Below, piece after piece: positions 1 through 13,282 of a stretch of DNA of 64,000 bases. The translations under genes and the position numbers were made by a program. This stretch comes from Eledone cirrhosa (taxonomy: Eukaryota). The notes under the pieces are model-generated. The model was not told the DNA's origin, ran no database searches, and saw nothing but the letters and a program-made list of their open reading frames with translations. The DNA lies in assembly GCA_964016885.1 (NCBI GenBank), contig OZ024740.1:32116001-32180000 (forward strand), given 5' to 3'. Every line of letters starts with the position of its first letter. The stretch's first letter is position 1.

Positions 1-155
1 TCCGAAACATTAAGACTCTTTTCTTACTATATCAAGCATTAAACTAATATATACCTTCATTGTACTGTATCATTTGGTGCGTTGTTTTCTGTTTACTTTT
101 CACACGTACACACATTATATATATATATATATATATGTGTGTTTATATATATATA

Positions 156-3100
156 TCATCATCATCATCATTTTACATCCGCTTTTCCCTGCTTGCAAGG
201 GTGGGATGGGTCTTATTCAGCACAGCATATCTCCACTTGTCACGGTCCTTTCTCATGTCCACCGTAAGCTTCAGCGATCTGAGGTCTGTTCTCACCACCT
301 CCGCCCATGTTTTTCGTGGTCTTCCTCTACCACGTCTTCCTTCAACTGGCATTTCCTGGCACTTCTTCCTCCATCGGTCATCCTCCATGTGCATCGCATG
401 TCAATACCACCGGAGTCTCCTCTCTCGCACACTACATTCTATCCCTCTCAGACACAGTTTCTCTCTCAGCACATCCATGCTGGGTCGTTCACGCACCTTG
501 ACATTGCACATCCAATGGAGCATGCTTGCCTCATTTCTCTCCAGCCGTCGCATATCCTCTGCAGTTGCTGCCCAAGTCTCACTACCATGCAGCATCGCGC
601 TCCTCACACAGGCATCATATAATCGGCCTTTCGTACGCAGGGGGAAACCCTTCTTCGTCAACAGAGGAAGCAGCTCCCTAAACTTCTTCCAACCCGTCCT
701 TATTCTAGATACTATGGCCTCGGGATACCTCCTCCCATGCTAATCTGATCTCCTAGGTACCGGAAGCTATCAACCACTTCTATAGCACCCGCCTGCATTT
801 GAAAAATGTGTCTATCAATGCGACTTCTACTGTCAAATTTCCCTGTACATCTACTGCATACGTATTTCTCCCAACCTGTTAGTTTGCCTGCTATCCCACT
901 ACATCTCTTGTGTACCCAGAATCTGCATTGTGTGCATTTTATAGAATTTATGCCAGTTCCTTTTCTGCATATCGACATGGACATTTCCCTGACGGAATCA
1001 GAGTTTTGTCCTCTTTTGTCTTAGCTAGGTTCACTCTCAGTCCTCTTGCTTCCAACTGTTGTTTCCGTAGCCAGAATTTATTCTCTCGCTCCTCTACTGA
1101 TTCTGCTATAAGAACTAGATCGCCAGCATAGAGAAGTTCCCATGGACAGCCAGTCTTAAACTCCTCTGTTTTGGCTTGGAGGACTATAATGAACAAGAGC
1201 GGGTTGAGGACCGAACCTTGATGTACTCCTACTTGTATCTGGAATTCCTCACTAAACTCCATTCCTACCCTGACTTTACTGACAGCACCTCTATACAAAG
1301 TTTGCACTCTCCTCACAAGCCATTCCTCAACACCTAGTTTCCTTAGGGACCACCAGATGACAGATCAGGGTACCCTATCAAAGCCTTCTCTAGGTCAACA
1401 AAAGCTAAGTATATTGGCTTATTCTTCTCTAAGAACCTCTCTTGTAATTGTCTCACCAAGAAGAGGGCATCTGTTGTACTTTTCCCAGGCACAAAACCAA
1501 ACTGCATCTCATCTAGTTTGACCCTTTCTCTAATTAGTTGTGCTAATATCCTTTCTGCCACTTTCATAACCTGATCCCTCAGTTTTATACCCCTATAATT
1601 GCTCCTCTCCAGAGCATCCCCTTTACCTTTGTAGCAATTTTTGAGAATATTGCTGCACCAGTCTTTGGGTATGACACCACCATATATAGCCTGATTGATG
1701 ATGTGTGCAACCAGTTTAGTGCCTACATCCCCTGATGCCTTCAGCATCTCAGCAACTATCCCTGACGGTCCAGCGGCCTTACCATTCTTCATTTCCTTAA
1801 TCACCTCTTGGACCCTATATTCATCAATCTCAAAAGCTGGTACCTCTGTCGGATCTACTCTCTCTCCCATTCGTTCTCCACATTCATCAGTCTCTCATAA
1901 TGACATTTCCAGGCCTCCTTTTTCTGATCATTCGTGACACTAAGTACACCGGCATCATTCCAGACACATTTATCTCCAACAACATCCTGATTTGCATTGA
2001 CGCACTGCCTTGCAATGTGGAACACCGCACGCCTCTGATCTTCCCGTCGCAGAACATTGGCAAACCTCCTACTCTCAGCCTCCCTGCTTGCTAAGTACAC
2101 TTGATGTCAAGCTTCTCTCTTAGCGGCTGTATATCCTTCTCTACTCCCACCCTTTTTCCAAGCCTTCCATGCTAGTCTTTTGTCTCTAATGGGCCTATCT
2201 ACCGTGCTGTGCCACCACCAGCTCACTCTCTGTCTGGCTGGAGCAGAGCTCCAGCCACAAGTTTCATCAATAGCCTGCAGTAAGTTGTCACGTAAGAAAT
2301 TCCAGTTATGATATATGTCATACAACTTTAAATCGTCTGGTTTTTCATCATACACATCTTGAAGGGCTTTACTAAATTTGTATTTTAGTGAAAGGTCTTT
2401 TAGTTTCCAGACTTTTCTTCTCCACACCTTCCTGTATGTCTCATTCCGTCTCTTGCTTACTGAGATATCACTAACGACTAACCTATGCTGTGGGGTACAT
2501 TGTTCCCCAGGGTATGCCTTGGTATTAGATACTATCTGCCTGTCCCGCTGCCCAACTAGTATGAAGTCAATCAGTCTTATGTGCTCGCCTGATTTGTAGG
2601 TTATTAGGTGGTTGGCAGGTTTCTGGAAGTTAGTGTTGCAAATGGTCAGTATACTTGCATCACAAAATTCAAGAAGTCTCACTCCTTCATTTCTTGAGCC
2701 GTAACCGTGCCCACCATGTACCCCAGTATAACCATCCAGGAGCTGTCCAACATGACCATTGAAGTCCCCTGCTAGCATAACAATGTCTCCGTCCTCTGTC
2801 ATTGCGGCTGTTTGTAAAAGTTGCTCGTAAAAGCAGTCTTTCTCTTCTTTACCTAGGCCTGCTTGGGGAGCATAGGCAGAGATGATTGTCAGTAGTCTCC
2901 TGCCTACAACTAATCTAAGCTTAATTATTCGATTATTAACTCAAACTACCTCTATTGTCTTATTGATCCATCTCTCAGCCAGGAAAATGCCTACTCCCCC
3001 TAACCCATCATCCTTACCTACCCAGAAAATCTTATAACTTAGATGTTTGCCTGCTATTAGTCTCGCAAAGGCACCTCTCCATCTCACCTCTTGCACGCAG

Positions 3101-3310
3101 CACACATCCACATGCCTTCTCTCCAGCATCTCCGCTATTTCACTAGATCTACCTGTTAGATTGCCAACATTAAGTGTTGCAACTCTGAGATGCGACATCT
3201 TCATATTTTTGTTGTTCCTTTTCCTGTAGTGCGATTGCTTGAAGACGGTCGGGGTGTTCTCGCACATGGCCTCACCAGCCACCCCACTACCATGCACAGC
3301 CCTAACATGG
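156..3310 (-). mobile_element. Near full-length, frameshifted RTE-clade LINE (APE endonuclease + RT with internal PHD finger)
   Basis: Consecutive minus-strand ORF fragments: LRVATLNVGNLTGR/VCCVQEVRW and GDFNGHVG (APE); QFGF, FVDLEKA, GVHQGSVL, LYAGD and FRYLG (RT); GRPRKTW (RTE C-terminus). 3' (GAT)n tail at 156-171 next to (TA)n. Confidence 0.92.
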
Positions 3311-3561
3311 TTAGTGCTATTGCTGTTACGTAATTATTTCGATATATATTTGTTGTCGTGCTCATAATTGTTTTGGTATTAATAGACTGGTTGGATGCCC
3401 TTCCTAACACCAGTGCCACTTTACAGCATGGACTGGATGCTTTTATTTGTGCCACCAGCACTAGAGAGGATGTCTTACTGGACTTACGGGCCCTCTCTAC
3501 CCGTCCATTTTACAGCATGGTCATAACAATAATAACAATAACACTATTAATAGTTATTAAT

Positions 3562-3752
3562 TAATTGTTTCTACTTTTAGGCACAAGGCCAGCAATTATC
3601 CCAGTGTATTACTGGTACTTTATTTTATCGACCCCGTAAGGATGAAAGGCAAAGTTAACCTCGGCGGGATTTGAACTCAGACCATAAAGGGCCGTAACTC
3701 TTTGCTGCAAAGCATGGCGTCCGACCCTCTACCGATACTGCCAATCCAACGC
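3562..3752 (-). mobile_element. tRNA-derived SINE (Meta-domain-like core)
   Basis: The minus strand has B-box GAGTTCAAATCC followed by TTTGCCTTTCATCCTTACGGGGTCGATAAAATAAAGTACCAGT. Many copies occur in the window. The core-domain name is from recall. Confidence 0.8.
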
Positions 3753-4857
3753 ACATAGTTAATTAATAGTCTGTACTGAAGCGTGGCTACTGACCTTTCA
3801 GAGAAGCTGGAGGTTCACATCTCAATTACATATGGTTCCACAGTCTACCAAGTGCATTTTATTGTGGCAGCAGCATTAGACCAGTTGTCATGCCTTTGAC
3901 TCAACTGGAGAGACCTCCCAACCTTTTGTTTGGTAAACTTTCTACGGCTGGATACCCTTCCTATCATCAACCACTTAAAATTAATAAAAACTGTGAAAGA
4001 GTTATGCCCAGGAAAACTTGGGTTGATGTGCTCAAGCCTGACCTTATGAAGGACATGACACAAGACTGAGTCAACTGCAGAAGACTTGCCCCACCCCCAA
4101 GATGAAACACAGCTAGTTCCATTCATCTCCACCTAGTCTTCTTCCATTTACATTTCTGATTCTTCCTTCCTCACCCAACACAGAAATAAAGAAAGACATG
4201 CCTTCTGCAGTTTACTGTCACATATCACTCACTCCTTCAGATCCTCGATTCCCTCTTCTTTAACTAAGTACACCAGCTTTGAAAGTGGGACATGCATTCC
4301 ACTTCCTCCTTGTAGCCTACCCCATCCCACTTTCACACTACACCAAGAAGTAGGTGACATTGAGAAGGGTATCCACCCACAGAGGCCCAGACTAGAACAT
4401 ATAAACAAGACACAGACATCATTCTTGCCTAACCTCAGAATGTGGCAGCCCATCTGGCCGATGTATGCCTGAGGAATGGCTATTAGATGGTGATGATAAT
4501 CATGATATATATATATAAACACACATACACCCCCATGACATGTTTGCTCTCCTACAGTGCTTGTTCCACAATAGAAAGCAGCCTGGCCACCCTATAAGGT
4601 GGTTGTACTGGTGTCATGACAAAATCCCCAAGTCTACCCTGTAACATGGTTGTATTGATGTCACAGCACAAAGTACCCAATCCACCTTGTAAGGTGGTTG
4701 GCATTAGGATAGACATCCAATTGTAGAAAAGTAAGCCCAAAACAGATCATATGAGCAAGACGTGGTCATCTGAACTGTCTAACCTCACAATGTGACAGCC
4801 TGTTTCACTCACACAAACATAAAAATGACCATTAAAGAGTGATAATGATGATGAAGT

Positions 4858-5030
4858 TCATCATCATCATCATCATTTTACGTCCGCTTTTCCCTGCTTG
4901 CAAGGGTGGGACGGGAACTGATTCTGGCTTGATTTCTACAGCTGGATGCCCTTCCTAACACCAACCTCATTTACAGTGAGTGCTGGGAGCTTTTTTTCCG
5001 TGGCACCTCCACGACCACTTTGCAGTGGAA
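4858..5030 (-). mobile_element. RTE 3'-end fragment
   Basis: Reverse complement of the 3' UTR/tail seen at 6600-6865 and 156-205, with the (CAT)n tail on the plus strand. Confidence 0.75.
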
Positions 5031-5199
5031 TGATAGGAACACCAGTCCCTATCATCCCATTTCTACAGCTGATTAAACTGGAGCAATGTGAAATAAAGTG
5101 TCTTGCTCAAGGAAACAACCCGCTCTGAGAATTGAACTCACAACCTTTCGATTGCAAGCCCAATGCTCTAACCACTAAGCCTTCATATATATATATATA

Positions 5200-6866
5200 T
5201 TAGGGACCGGGTGAATATAGACGAGATGCAATTTGGGTTTGTACCAGGAAAAGGCACCACTGATGCCCTCTTCCTTGTGAGGCAATTACAGGAAAAGTAC
5301 CTAGCTAAAAGTAAGCCACTCTACTTGGCATTTGTCGACCTTGAGAAAGCCTTTGACAGAGTTCCACGTGCTATAATCTGGTGGGCTCTTAGAAAACTAG
5401 GAGTAGATGAATGGCTTGTGAAAGCGGTACAAGCCATGTATAGGGGAGCAGTCAGCAAAGTTAGGATTGGCAATGAGTATAGCGAGGAATTTAGCGTACA
5501 GGTTGGGGTCCACCAGGGCTCTGTTCTTAGCCCTCTCCTGTTCATCATAGTCCTGCAGGCAATAACGGAGGAGTTTAAGACCGGATGCCCATGGGAACTC
5601 CTGTATGCTGATGACCTCGCACTCATAGCTGAATCTATGGTAGAACTAGAGAATAAATTCCAAACCTGGAAGCAGGGACTAGAGAGAAAGGGCCTCAAAG
5701 TCAACATGACAAAGACTAAGGTCCTTATAAGTAGACGAGAAAACAGAACCCAGATCCCCTCAGGGAAATGGCCTTGCTCAGTATGTAGGAAAGGTGTAGG
5801 TAGGAACTCCATTCTCTGCCCCAAATGCAAACAATGGGTACACAAGAGATGTAGCGGGATCTCAGGAAGCTTAATTAAGAATGTAGGATTCACATGCAGC
5901 AGCTGTGCTGAAACAGCAAGCAAACAGCCACAGGAAACAAGTACCACCAATCTCTGGGAGGGCCCTGTAGAAACAGTAGACAGCTTCTGCTACCTAGGTG
6001 ACCGAATTAGCAACGGAGGTGGGTGCTCAGAAAGTACAATAACTAGGGTAAGAACGGGATGGAAGAAGTTTAGGGAACTACTACCACTGCTAGCTGCAAA
6101 AGGCTTCTCCCTCAGAATGAAAGGCAGACTGTATGATGCGTGTATCCGAACAGCGATGTTGCATGGTAGCGAGACCTGGGCGCTGAAGGTGGAAGACTTA
6201 CGTAGATTAGAGAGAAACGAAGCCTGCATGCTCCGATGGATGTGTAACAGTAATATACGTGAACAACAAAGCATAAAGGAATTGAGAGAGAGACTGAGCA
6301 TAAGAGGAATCAAATGCTGCGTGCAGGAGAGGCGGTTACGCTGGTATGGACATGTGATGCGTATGAAGGATGACAGCTGCATAAAAAGGTGCAGAGCACT
6401 AGAAGTTGATGGAAACCGCGGAGTGGGGAGACCCAAGATGACTTGGGATGAGGTGATAAAAGCCAACCTTACCCAACTACACCTCTCAAAGTCAATGACA
6501 CACGACCGTGACTTCTGGCGTCACGCAGTAATACAGGGTACCCGACCTCCCATGGGTACATGCTGAAGCATATAAACAATATGCCCCCCCCCCCCCCACA
6601 CTGCAAGGTGGTCGTGGAGGTGCCACGACAAAAAAGCACCCAGCCCACACTGTAAAGTGGACGTGTAGGCGCCACGAAAAAGCACCCAGCACTCACTGTA
6701 AATGAGGTTGGTGTTAGGAAGGGCATCCAACTGTAGAAATCAAGCCAGATCAGTTCCTGTATGAGCAAGGCATGGTCAGCCGACCAGACACTGCCCACAA
6801 CAGGACAACCCGTCTAACCCATGCTAGCGTGGAAGAACGGACGTAAAACGGTGATGATGATGATGA
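5200..6866 (+). mobile_element. 5'-truncated RTE LINE with an uninterrupted 451-aa RT/C-terminal ORF (5211-6566)
   Basis: QFGF, FVDLEKAFD, QGSVLSP, YADD, FCYLG and GRPKMTW motifs. About 300-bp 3' UTR with ~47-bp repeats and a (GAT)n tail. (TA)n on both sides. Confidence 0.95.
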
Positions 6867-6876
6867 TATATATATA

Positions 6877-7210
6877 TCATCATCATTTAACATCCATTTT
6901 CCAAACTAACATGGGTTAGACAGGTTGTCCCATTAGAGGCAAGTTGGGTCAGGTGATCATGTCTCGCTCATATAGAACTGTTTCTGGCTAGGTCTTTATG
7001 GCTGGATGCCCTTCCTAATGCCAACCATATTTACAGTGTGTGCTGGATGATTTTTGTAGTGACCCCTACACAACCATTTTACAGTGTGGGCTGGGTGCTT
7101 TTTGTAGTTACTCCCTACACGACCACTTTACAGTGTGGGTTGGGTGCTTTTTGTAGTGACCCCTACACGACCACTTTACAGTGTGGGCTATGTGCTGTTT
7201 GTTGTGACAC
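6877..7210 (-). mobile_element. RTE 3' UTR fragment with ~46-bp tandem repeats, tail-to-tail with the previous element
   Basis: Repeated ACCACTTTACAGTGTGGG(C/T)TGGGTGCTTTTTGTAG units; reverse complement of the 6600-6865 UTR. Confidence 0.75.
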
Positions 7211-7509
7211 AAAGTCTTATTAGTTTCATGCTTCTTAGAATAGGAAAAAGAATGTTTCAACTCATCAGTCATTAGTCCAACAATCTTTTTGTTCATTTTC
7301 ATATTAATGAAGTATTACATTTATTTACAGATACCAAATCTCACATCTAGATGGTAAGTCAGCACAAAATAACCTCATTTCTCAACAATGACAATGTTAC
7401 TCTCATTAAAAGCATTTGTCTTCTAATACCCTAATTCTTTATTGTTGTTTAACTTCAATAGTTTAACATATATAAAACTATACCTACTGTCATGCTGTTA
7501 TAATGTTGG

Positions 7510-7955
7510 CCACCTCCCATGCCATGCTGCTTTCAACGAGATTATAAACAATGGCTGCAGGCTTCCTTTTCCAGCTTCAGCCACCATGGTTGAACTGACG
7601 GTACAGTAAAAGGCCAGATAGCATGACAATTTTCTCATTCTACGGTAGTAGGCCCCTCATCTGGGATGCTACATGTTGCAACACCTTCTCCAGTAGCAAC
7701 TGGTGCATTCGGCTACCAGCCCAGGCTATGCCGCTCGTCAAGAAGAGAGTGAACTGTCGAAGTATCAGTCACTCTGTGATAGGTTTATGGTTGAGCCTGT
7801 GGAAATGAAAACTTCTGGTGTTCTTGATCCCCAGAACACAAGGCAGAGTTGGCTACTCGCAAAATCGAACCCCATGAGTTGGAGTGGTTATTCAAGCGCG
7901 TCTCTCGAGCTATCCTCTGGGGCAACGTCTTCTTCATTCTGTCCACTTAATCAGT
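7510..7955 (+). mobile_element. Fragment of a CRE/RLE-type non-LTR retrotransposon 3' end
   Basis: RPD..IF....LIWDATC (PD-D restriction-like endonuclease motif), followed by F.VEPV..ETSGVL. Confidence 0.6.
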
Positions 7956-8145
7956 GAAGATTTACTCTGACAGCTACAGACATATCAACACTCACACAAT
8001 TTCACAGACTAAAGTATCCTGTTAGTTTTGATTTGATATCTCACTGAAGAAAAATCATTGAACAGTACATTCACTAACTAAATACCATCACATATCTAAG
8101 TAAGATACAAAGAATCATAAAAGAAAGTAAAAGAAATATACTTAC

Positions 8146-8722
8146 CAAGTCTGTGGTCATACATAACTTTTATAAAAAGGATAACAGCAAATATTCCAGA
8201 TTTCTGTAACAATTTGAACACAATACGCCAGTCTGATCTTGAATCAGCATTATGTTCATGATGAGAATGTGCATGCTGACCCTGTGAAATATTTCTGAAG
8301 CCAGTAAAATCCTGTTGTTGTTGCTGTTGTTGTTGCGGTTGTGGTTGGTACCCATTTAAATTGTTCACATTTGAAATACTTTCAGTGGGATTATTACTCT
8401 CAGTTGTTGCACCATTAAGATCAAGGTTGGTGTTAACTGTCTCTCTGTTAGCAAGTGATTCCATGTTAATAACCATGGATTGTTGTGGATAAAGATGAGG
8501 AGTGGAACTATTGTTATTGCTCAATAAATTATTCCTAGCTGAACTTCCCAAAAGTTCACTGCTTCTCAGACTGTTGTGGGGACTAGTTCTCCACAAGGGT
8601 AGTAGATTCTGGACTCGAGACCCCAAATTTGAAGTTAAGTTTGAAGTTAAGTTTGAAGAATAAGGCAGGCCTCGAAAATAATAAACAAGCTGAGAATTGC
8701 TTAAATGAGATCCTGTCGCCAT
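8146..8722 (-). CDS. RNFT2: First coding exon of a RING finger and transmembrane domain protein (RNFT2/RNFT1-like)
   Basis: ATG at 8722 lies in an exon with acceptor ttttttcag|8771 and donor 8146|gtaagt (phase 1). Low-complexity N-terminus with polyQ and a His-rich stretch, then WRIVFKLLQKSGIFAVILFIKVMYDHRLG, resembling the RNFT1/2 first TM segment. Downstream exons were not located. Confidence 0.7.
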
Positions 8723-8982
8723 TGAGATGATTTGAAACTGCTTATAAAGCAGGCTACAACTAGAAAATTAGCTGAAAAAAAAAAAAAACAGAGTTCGACA
8801 TTAAATGATTATGTCAGTTAATTTACATTACTTTGTCATATAACTGGCAATAAAATATACATGTTTATATATGTATAACATTTAAAATATACATGTTTAT
8901 ATACATCTAAGGATATTTTCTCATTTTAACAGAAAAAAAAGAAAATATAAGAGCCACACTGAAACAATCTTGTACTCTATAG

Positions 8983-11900
8983 CAAAGGTTCTCAACGGGG
9001 GGAGCTTTGTGGGGCGCTAGGGGGGGGCACTGGAAGGCTCTTTACTTTGGTAAGTTTTATAAGCCATATTTGTATGTCTCTGAGACCGCCAGTGTGAATG
9101 CATTTGAATGAGCATGCAGACAGCATAACTATGGTCTGACTGCAGCTGTGTGCAGGTGTGTTTAGACATTAACCGGCAATTGAGATCTAAAAATGGAAAA
9201 ACTCAGTCAACTGAGTCAAGGACACTTTGAGCGCAGCCAGTTAGAATCTTATCTTTCCTTCACCGATAACAATGTATTTCATGTCTGAAATTATTGACTC
9301 AACCGTAACGAGTTAACACTATGTAGATCTATTTTATTCCCTATTGTATAAATAATATTACAAATGAAAAAAAATAAAAAAACACAGAAGCAGGTAGCAC
9401 ACACATCTAGGACCACATACAACACATAAGCAGGTAATACACACATCTAGGACCACATACAACACATAAGCAGGTAATACACATCTAGGACCACATGCAA
9501 CACAAGGAGGTAACACACACATCTAGGACCACAGATAATACTCACATCTAGAACCACATACAACACATAAGCAGGTAGCACACACATCTAGGACCACAGA
9601 TAATACTCACATCTAGAACCACATACAACACATAAGCAGGTAATACACGCATCTAGGACCACATACAACACATAAGCAGGTAATACACATCTAGGACCAC
9701 ATGCAACACAAGGAGGTAACACACACATCTAGGACCACATACAACACACAGGCAGGTAATACATACATCTAGGACTACATACAACACATAAGCAGGTAAT
9801 ACAAACATCTAGGACCACATACAACACATAACCAGGTAATACATACATCTAGGACTACCTACAACACATAACAAGGTAATACATACATCTAGGACCACAT
9901 ACAACACATAAGAAGGTAATACACACATCTAGGACCACATACAACACACAGGCAGGTAATACATACATCTAGGACCACATACAACCCATAAGCAGGTAAT
10001 ACAAACATATAGGACCACATACAACACATAAGCAGGTAATACATACATCTAGGACTACCTACAACACACAAGCAGGTAATACATACATCTAGGACTACCT
10101 ACAACACACAAGCAGGTAATACATAGATCTAGGACCACATACAACACATAACCAGGTAATACATAGATCTAGGACTACCTACAACACACAGGCAGGTAAT
10201 ACAAACATCTAGGACCACATACAACACATAACCAGGTAATACATACATCTAGGACCACATACAACACATAACCAGGTAATACATACATCTAGGACCACAT
10301 ACAACACATAAGAAGGTAATACACACATCTAGGACCACATACAACACATAACCAGGTAATACATACATCTAGGACTACCTACAACACATAAGCAGGTAAT
10401 ACAAACATCTAGGACCACATACAACACATAACAAGGTAATACATACATCTAGGACCACATACAACACATAAGAAGGTAATACACACATCTAGGACCACAT
10501 ACAACACACAGGCAAGTAATACATACATTTAGGACCACATACAACCCATAAGCAGGTAATACAAACATATAGGACCACATACAACACATAAGCAGGTAAT
10601 ACATACATCTAGGACTACCTACAACACACAAGCAGGTAATACATACATCTAGGACCACATACAACACACAAGCAGGTAATACATACATCTAGGACTACCT
10701 ACAACACACAAGCAGGTAATACATACATCTAGGACTACCTACAACACACAGGCAGGTAATACAAACATCTAGGACCACATACAACACATAACCAGGTAAT
10801 ACATACATCTAGGACCACATACAACACATAAGGAGGTAATACACACATCTAGGACCACATACAACACATAAGCAGGTAATACATACAGTTGGGACCACAT
10901 GCAATATATAAGCAGGTAATACATACATCTAGGACTACATACAACACACAGGCAGGTAATACATACATCTAGGACCACATACAACACACATTGTATCATG
11001 TGCTACAGACGACGCAAGAGCAATGGTCGGCCAACATAAGGGTTTCATCACTCTTTTGAAGAGAGAAAATCTATCTGTATTTGTTGTTCATTGTCATTCA
11101 TCAACACTTGGCTGCGAAGAAACTCAGCTGAGCAAGTCCTTGCAGGTGGCCATTGATGTCATCAATTTTATCAAACGCCATTCCCTCAATGAACGAATTA
11201 TCCGGCAACTGTGCCAAGATAATGACGAAGAATTCGTCAAGTTGCTCCTTCACAATGAAGTGAGGTGGCTTTCAAAGGGCAAGTACTTTACTCACTTCTT
11301 TGAACTGTTCGACTCTATCATTGAGTTTCTGCAAGGACGCAACACAGAACTGTACAAGAAAACCCTCGATGTGAGGCAAGACTGCGCCTACCTCGCCGAC
11401 ATCTTCGACAAATGCAATAGTATCATTATGGCTTTGCAGGGGAAGAAGATCACCTTGCTTAAAGCAAGGAATGCTGTGAAAACATTCCTGGCCAAATTGA
11501 ATGTCATCGAAAGGAATCTTTGTTGACGGGAATTCTATAATTTTCCTAGTGTCGCCAATGTTCAAAACATTGTAAGTGATGACCAACTCCAAATTTATAC
11601 CACTCACCTCCGTGCGCTACAAGACAACATGAGAGAACGGTTTGTTGAACTTTTGCCGATGGACATCCCAAAGTGGGTAGCAGATCCCTTCATAGCTAAC
11701 GTCGATGATTTGGATGTTATATTTCAGGAAGAATTCATTGAACTTCAAGCAGATGATTTGATCAAAATTAGATTTCCCCAAATAGGTGAACCCCTTTTTG
11801 GGATGCAAGAAGAAATTTAGCGTCGATTTCCACACCTACATGCAGAGGCTAAGAGATTTGCTCTGCTTTTCCAAGCTCATACTTAGTCGAGAGGAGGTTT

Positions 11901-12041
11901 GGTGCTGTTTCCAGACTGCACAGTAAGGCTCGCAACCGCTACAATGTAATTACATGTGGAGATCTCCGGCTACATCTTACGAAAATCCAGCCTCACGTCA
12001 AAGAGTTAGCTAGACTCCATAAAGTTCAAGGTTCCCATTGA
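8983..12041 (+). mobile_element. hAT (Buster/Charlie-type) DNA transposon remnant; transposase pseudogene ~10990-12041
   Basis: CATDDARAMVG, VVHC..H, LLLHNEVRWLSKG, AYLADIF, YLVERRF and GDLRLHLT motifs with stops and frameshifts. A possible left end CAAAGGTTCTCAAC is at 8983; the right TIR was not found. Confidence 0.8.
9380..10990. repeat. 40-bp minisatellite, ~40 copies
   Basis: Unit ACATACATCTAGGACCACATACAACACATAAGCAGGTAAT with variants. Confidence 0.97.
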
Positions 12042-12646
12042 AATGAGGTCAAAGTTAAAGTAATTTGATTTATCCGAAAACTTGGATATGCTATTGTTAC
12101 AAAGCAAACTAACAATTTTTTTATTTGTAGTTGCAGTCTGACTGGACTGGAAACCATCTACTACAAATTCACTTACTCATTTGTTGTATATATTTTACCA
12201 TTTACTAATAAATATACCCAAGAACAACTCTGTCTATCCAAAGAGTGCTCTTATCTGGAAGAAAGTGGCAATTATACCATTTCAAATCTTTCCAATTTTC
12301 CCTTTAATGAAACGGACAGAATAAATGTTGATATCTAACTTGATGTCCCCTCCGCTTTGTGAGGTTAGAGACCACGGAAGAGGGTTTTCATGGCCACGGG
12401 AGTGTATATTTATTAGTAAATGGTAAAATATATACAACAAATGAGTAAGTAAATAAATAAAATTATGGTGGTAAGTTTTAATATAAGGATACATATTTTA
12501 CAATGAGCAGTTTTGTATCAAAATCCTGGGCAATTTCAGGTGGTTTGGTGTCATCCAGCCCTTCTTCCTCAGAATGTTGCCCTATGGGATGTGATCCCTG
12601 TCCATGTTTTTCCTGTAGCTGTCAACATGAAACCATTCAAAATGAA

Positions 12647-13160
12647 CTACTGTATATACTCAAATAAAAGCTGATCCGAATATAAGTCTACCCAAATTTT
12701 ATGTCTGAGAAATGGGCAAAAATCCAAACCCTGTTTATAAGGCAAGGCATGTAATTGACTCATTATGTTTAGATGGTGCGGTTTTTGAAATTCTCATGAT
12801 TGGAGAATATATTTATGAAGTTTTAATATTTTGATATTTAAAATGTTGTTTAGAGTATAGTTTTTGCTTTGCAACTCCATTACATAACGACTTTTCATCA
12901 ATTTCCAACCGCTTTGAAGGCCATATTCATTCAAAACATAAAAAACAAAAGGAAATACGAAAGTGAAACCGGTGTAATATTCACCTCTAAAGTGAAACCG
13001 GTGTAATATTTACCTCCAAAGCGAAAATATTTTAGCACTTCGTTTACATAGAATTTTGAAAATGGTAAAAATATTGACCCGAATATAAGCAGACCCCATT
13101 TTACAAACGATTATTTTTTTTGTGACATATTTTCGACTAATATACGAGTGTATACGGTAG
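12647..13160. mobile_element. Tc1/pogo-like MITE
   Basis: Imperfect TIRs TACTGTATATACTC... and ...GAGTGTATACGGTA with TA ends. A related copy lies at ~51826-52018. Confidence 0.6.
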
Positions 13161-13172
13161 ATTGATTTCACC

Positions 13173-13282
13173 TCAGAGGACCTGTCGACACCTATACCTA
13201 CTTCAGAGGACCTGCCGACACCTATACCTACTTCAGAGGACCTGTCGACACCTATACCTACTTCAGAGGACCTGCCGACACT
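13173..13282. repeat. 30-bp tandem repeat, ~3.7 copies
   Basis: TCAGAGGACCTG(T/C)CGACACCTATACCTACT. Confidence 0.9.

Noticed and set aside
60-743. 227-aa plus-strand ORF, and similar ORFs at 5321-5950, 5990-6466 and 22888-23535
   Set aside because: Antisense shadows of RTE coding sequence with no independent motifs.
8096-8145. C-terminal KYISFTFFYDSLYLT of the 208-aa ORF
   Set aside because: Read-through past the gtaagt donor into the intron.
9889-10999. Cys-rich ORFs resembling metallothionein or toxin peptides
   Set aside because: Translations of the 40-bp minisatellite.
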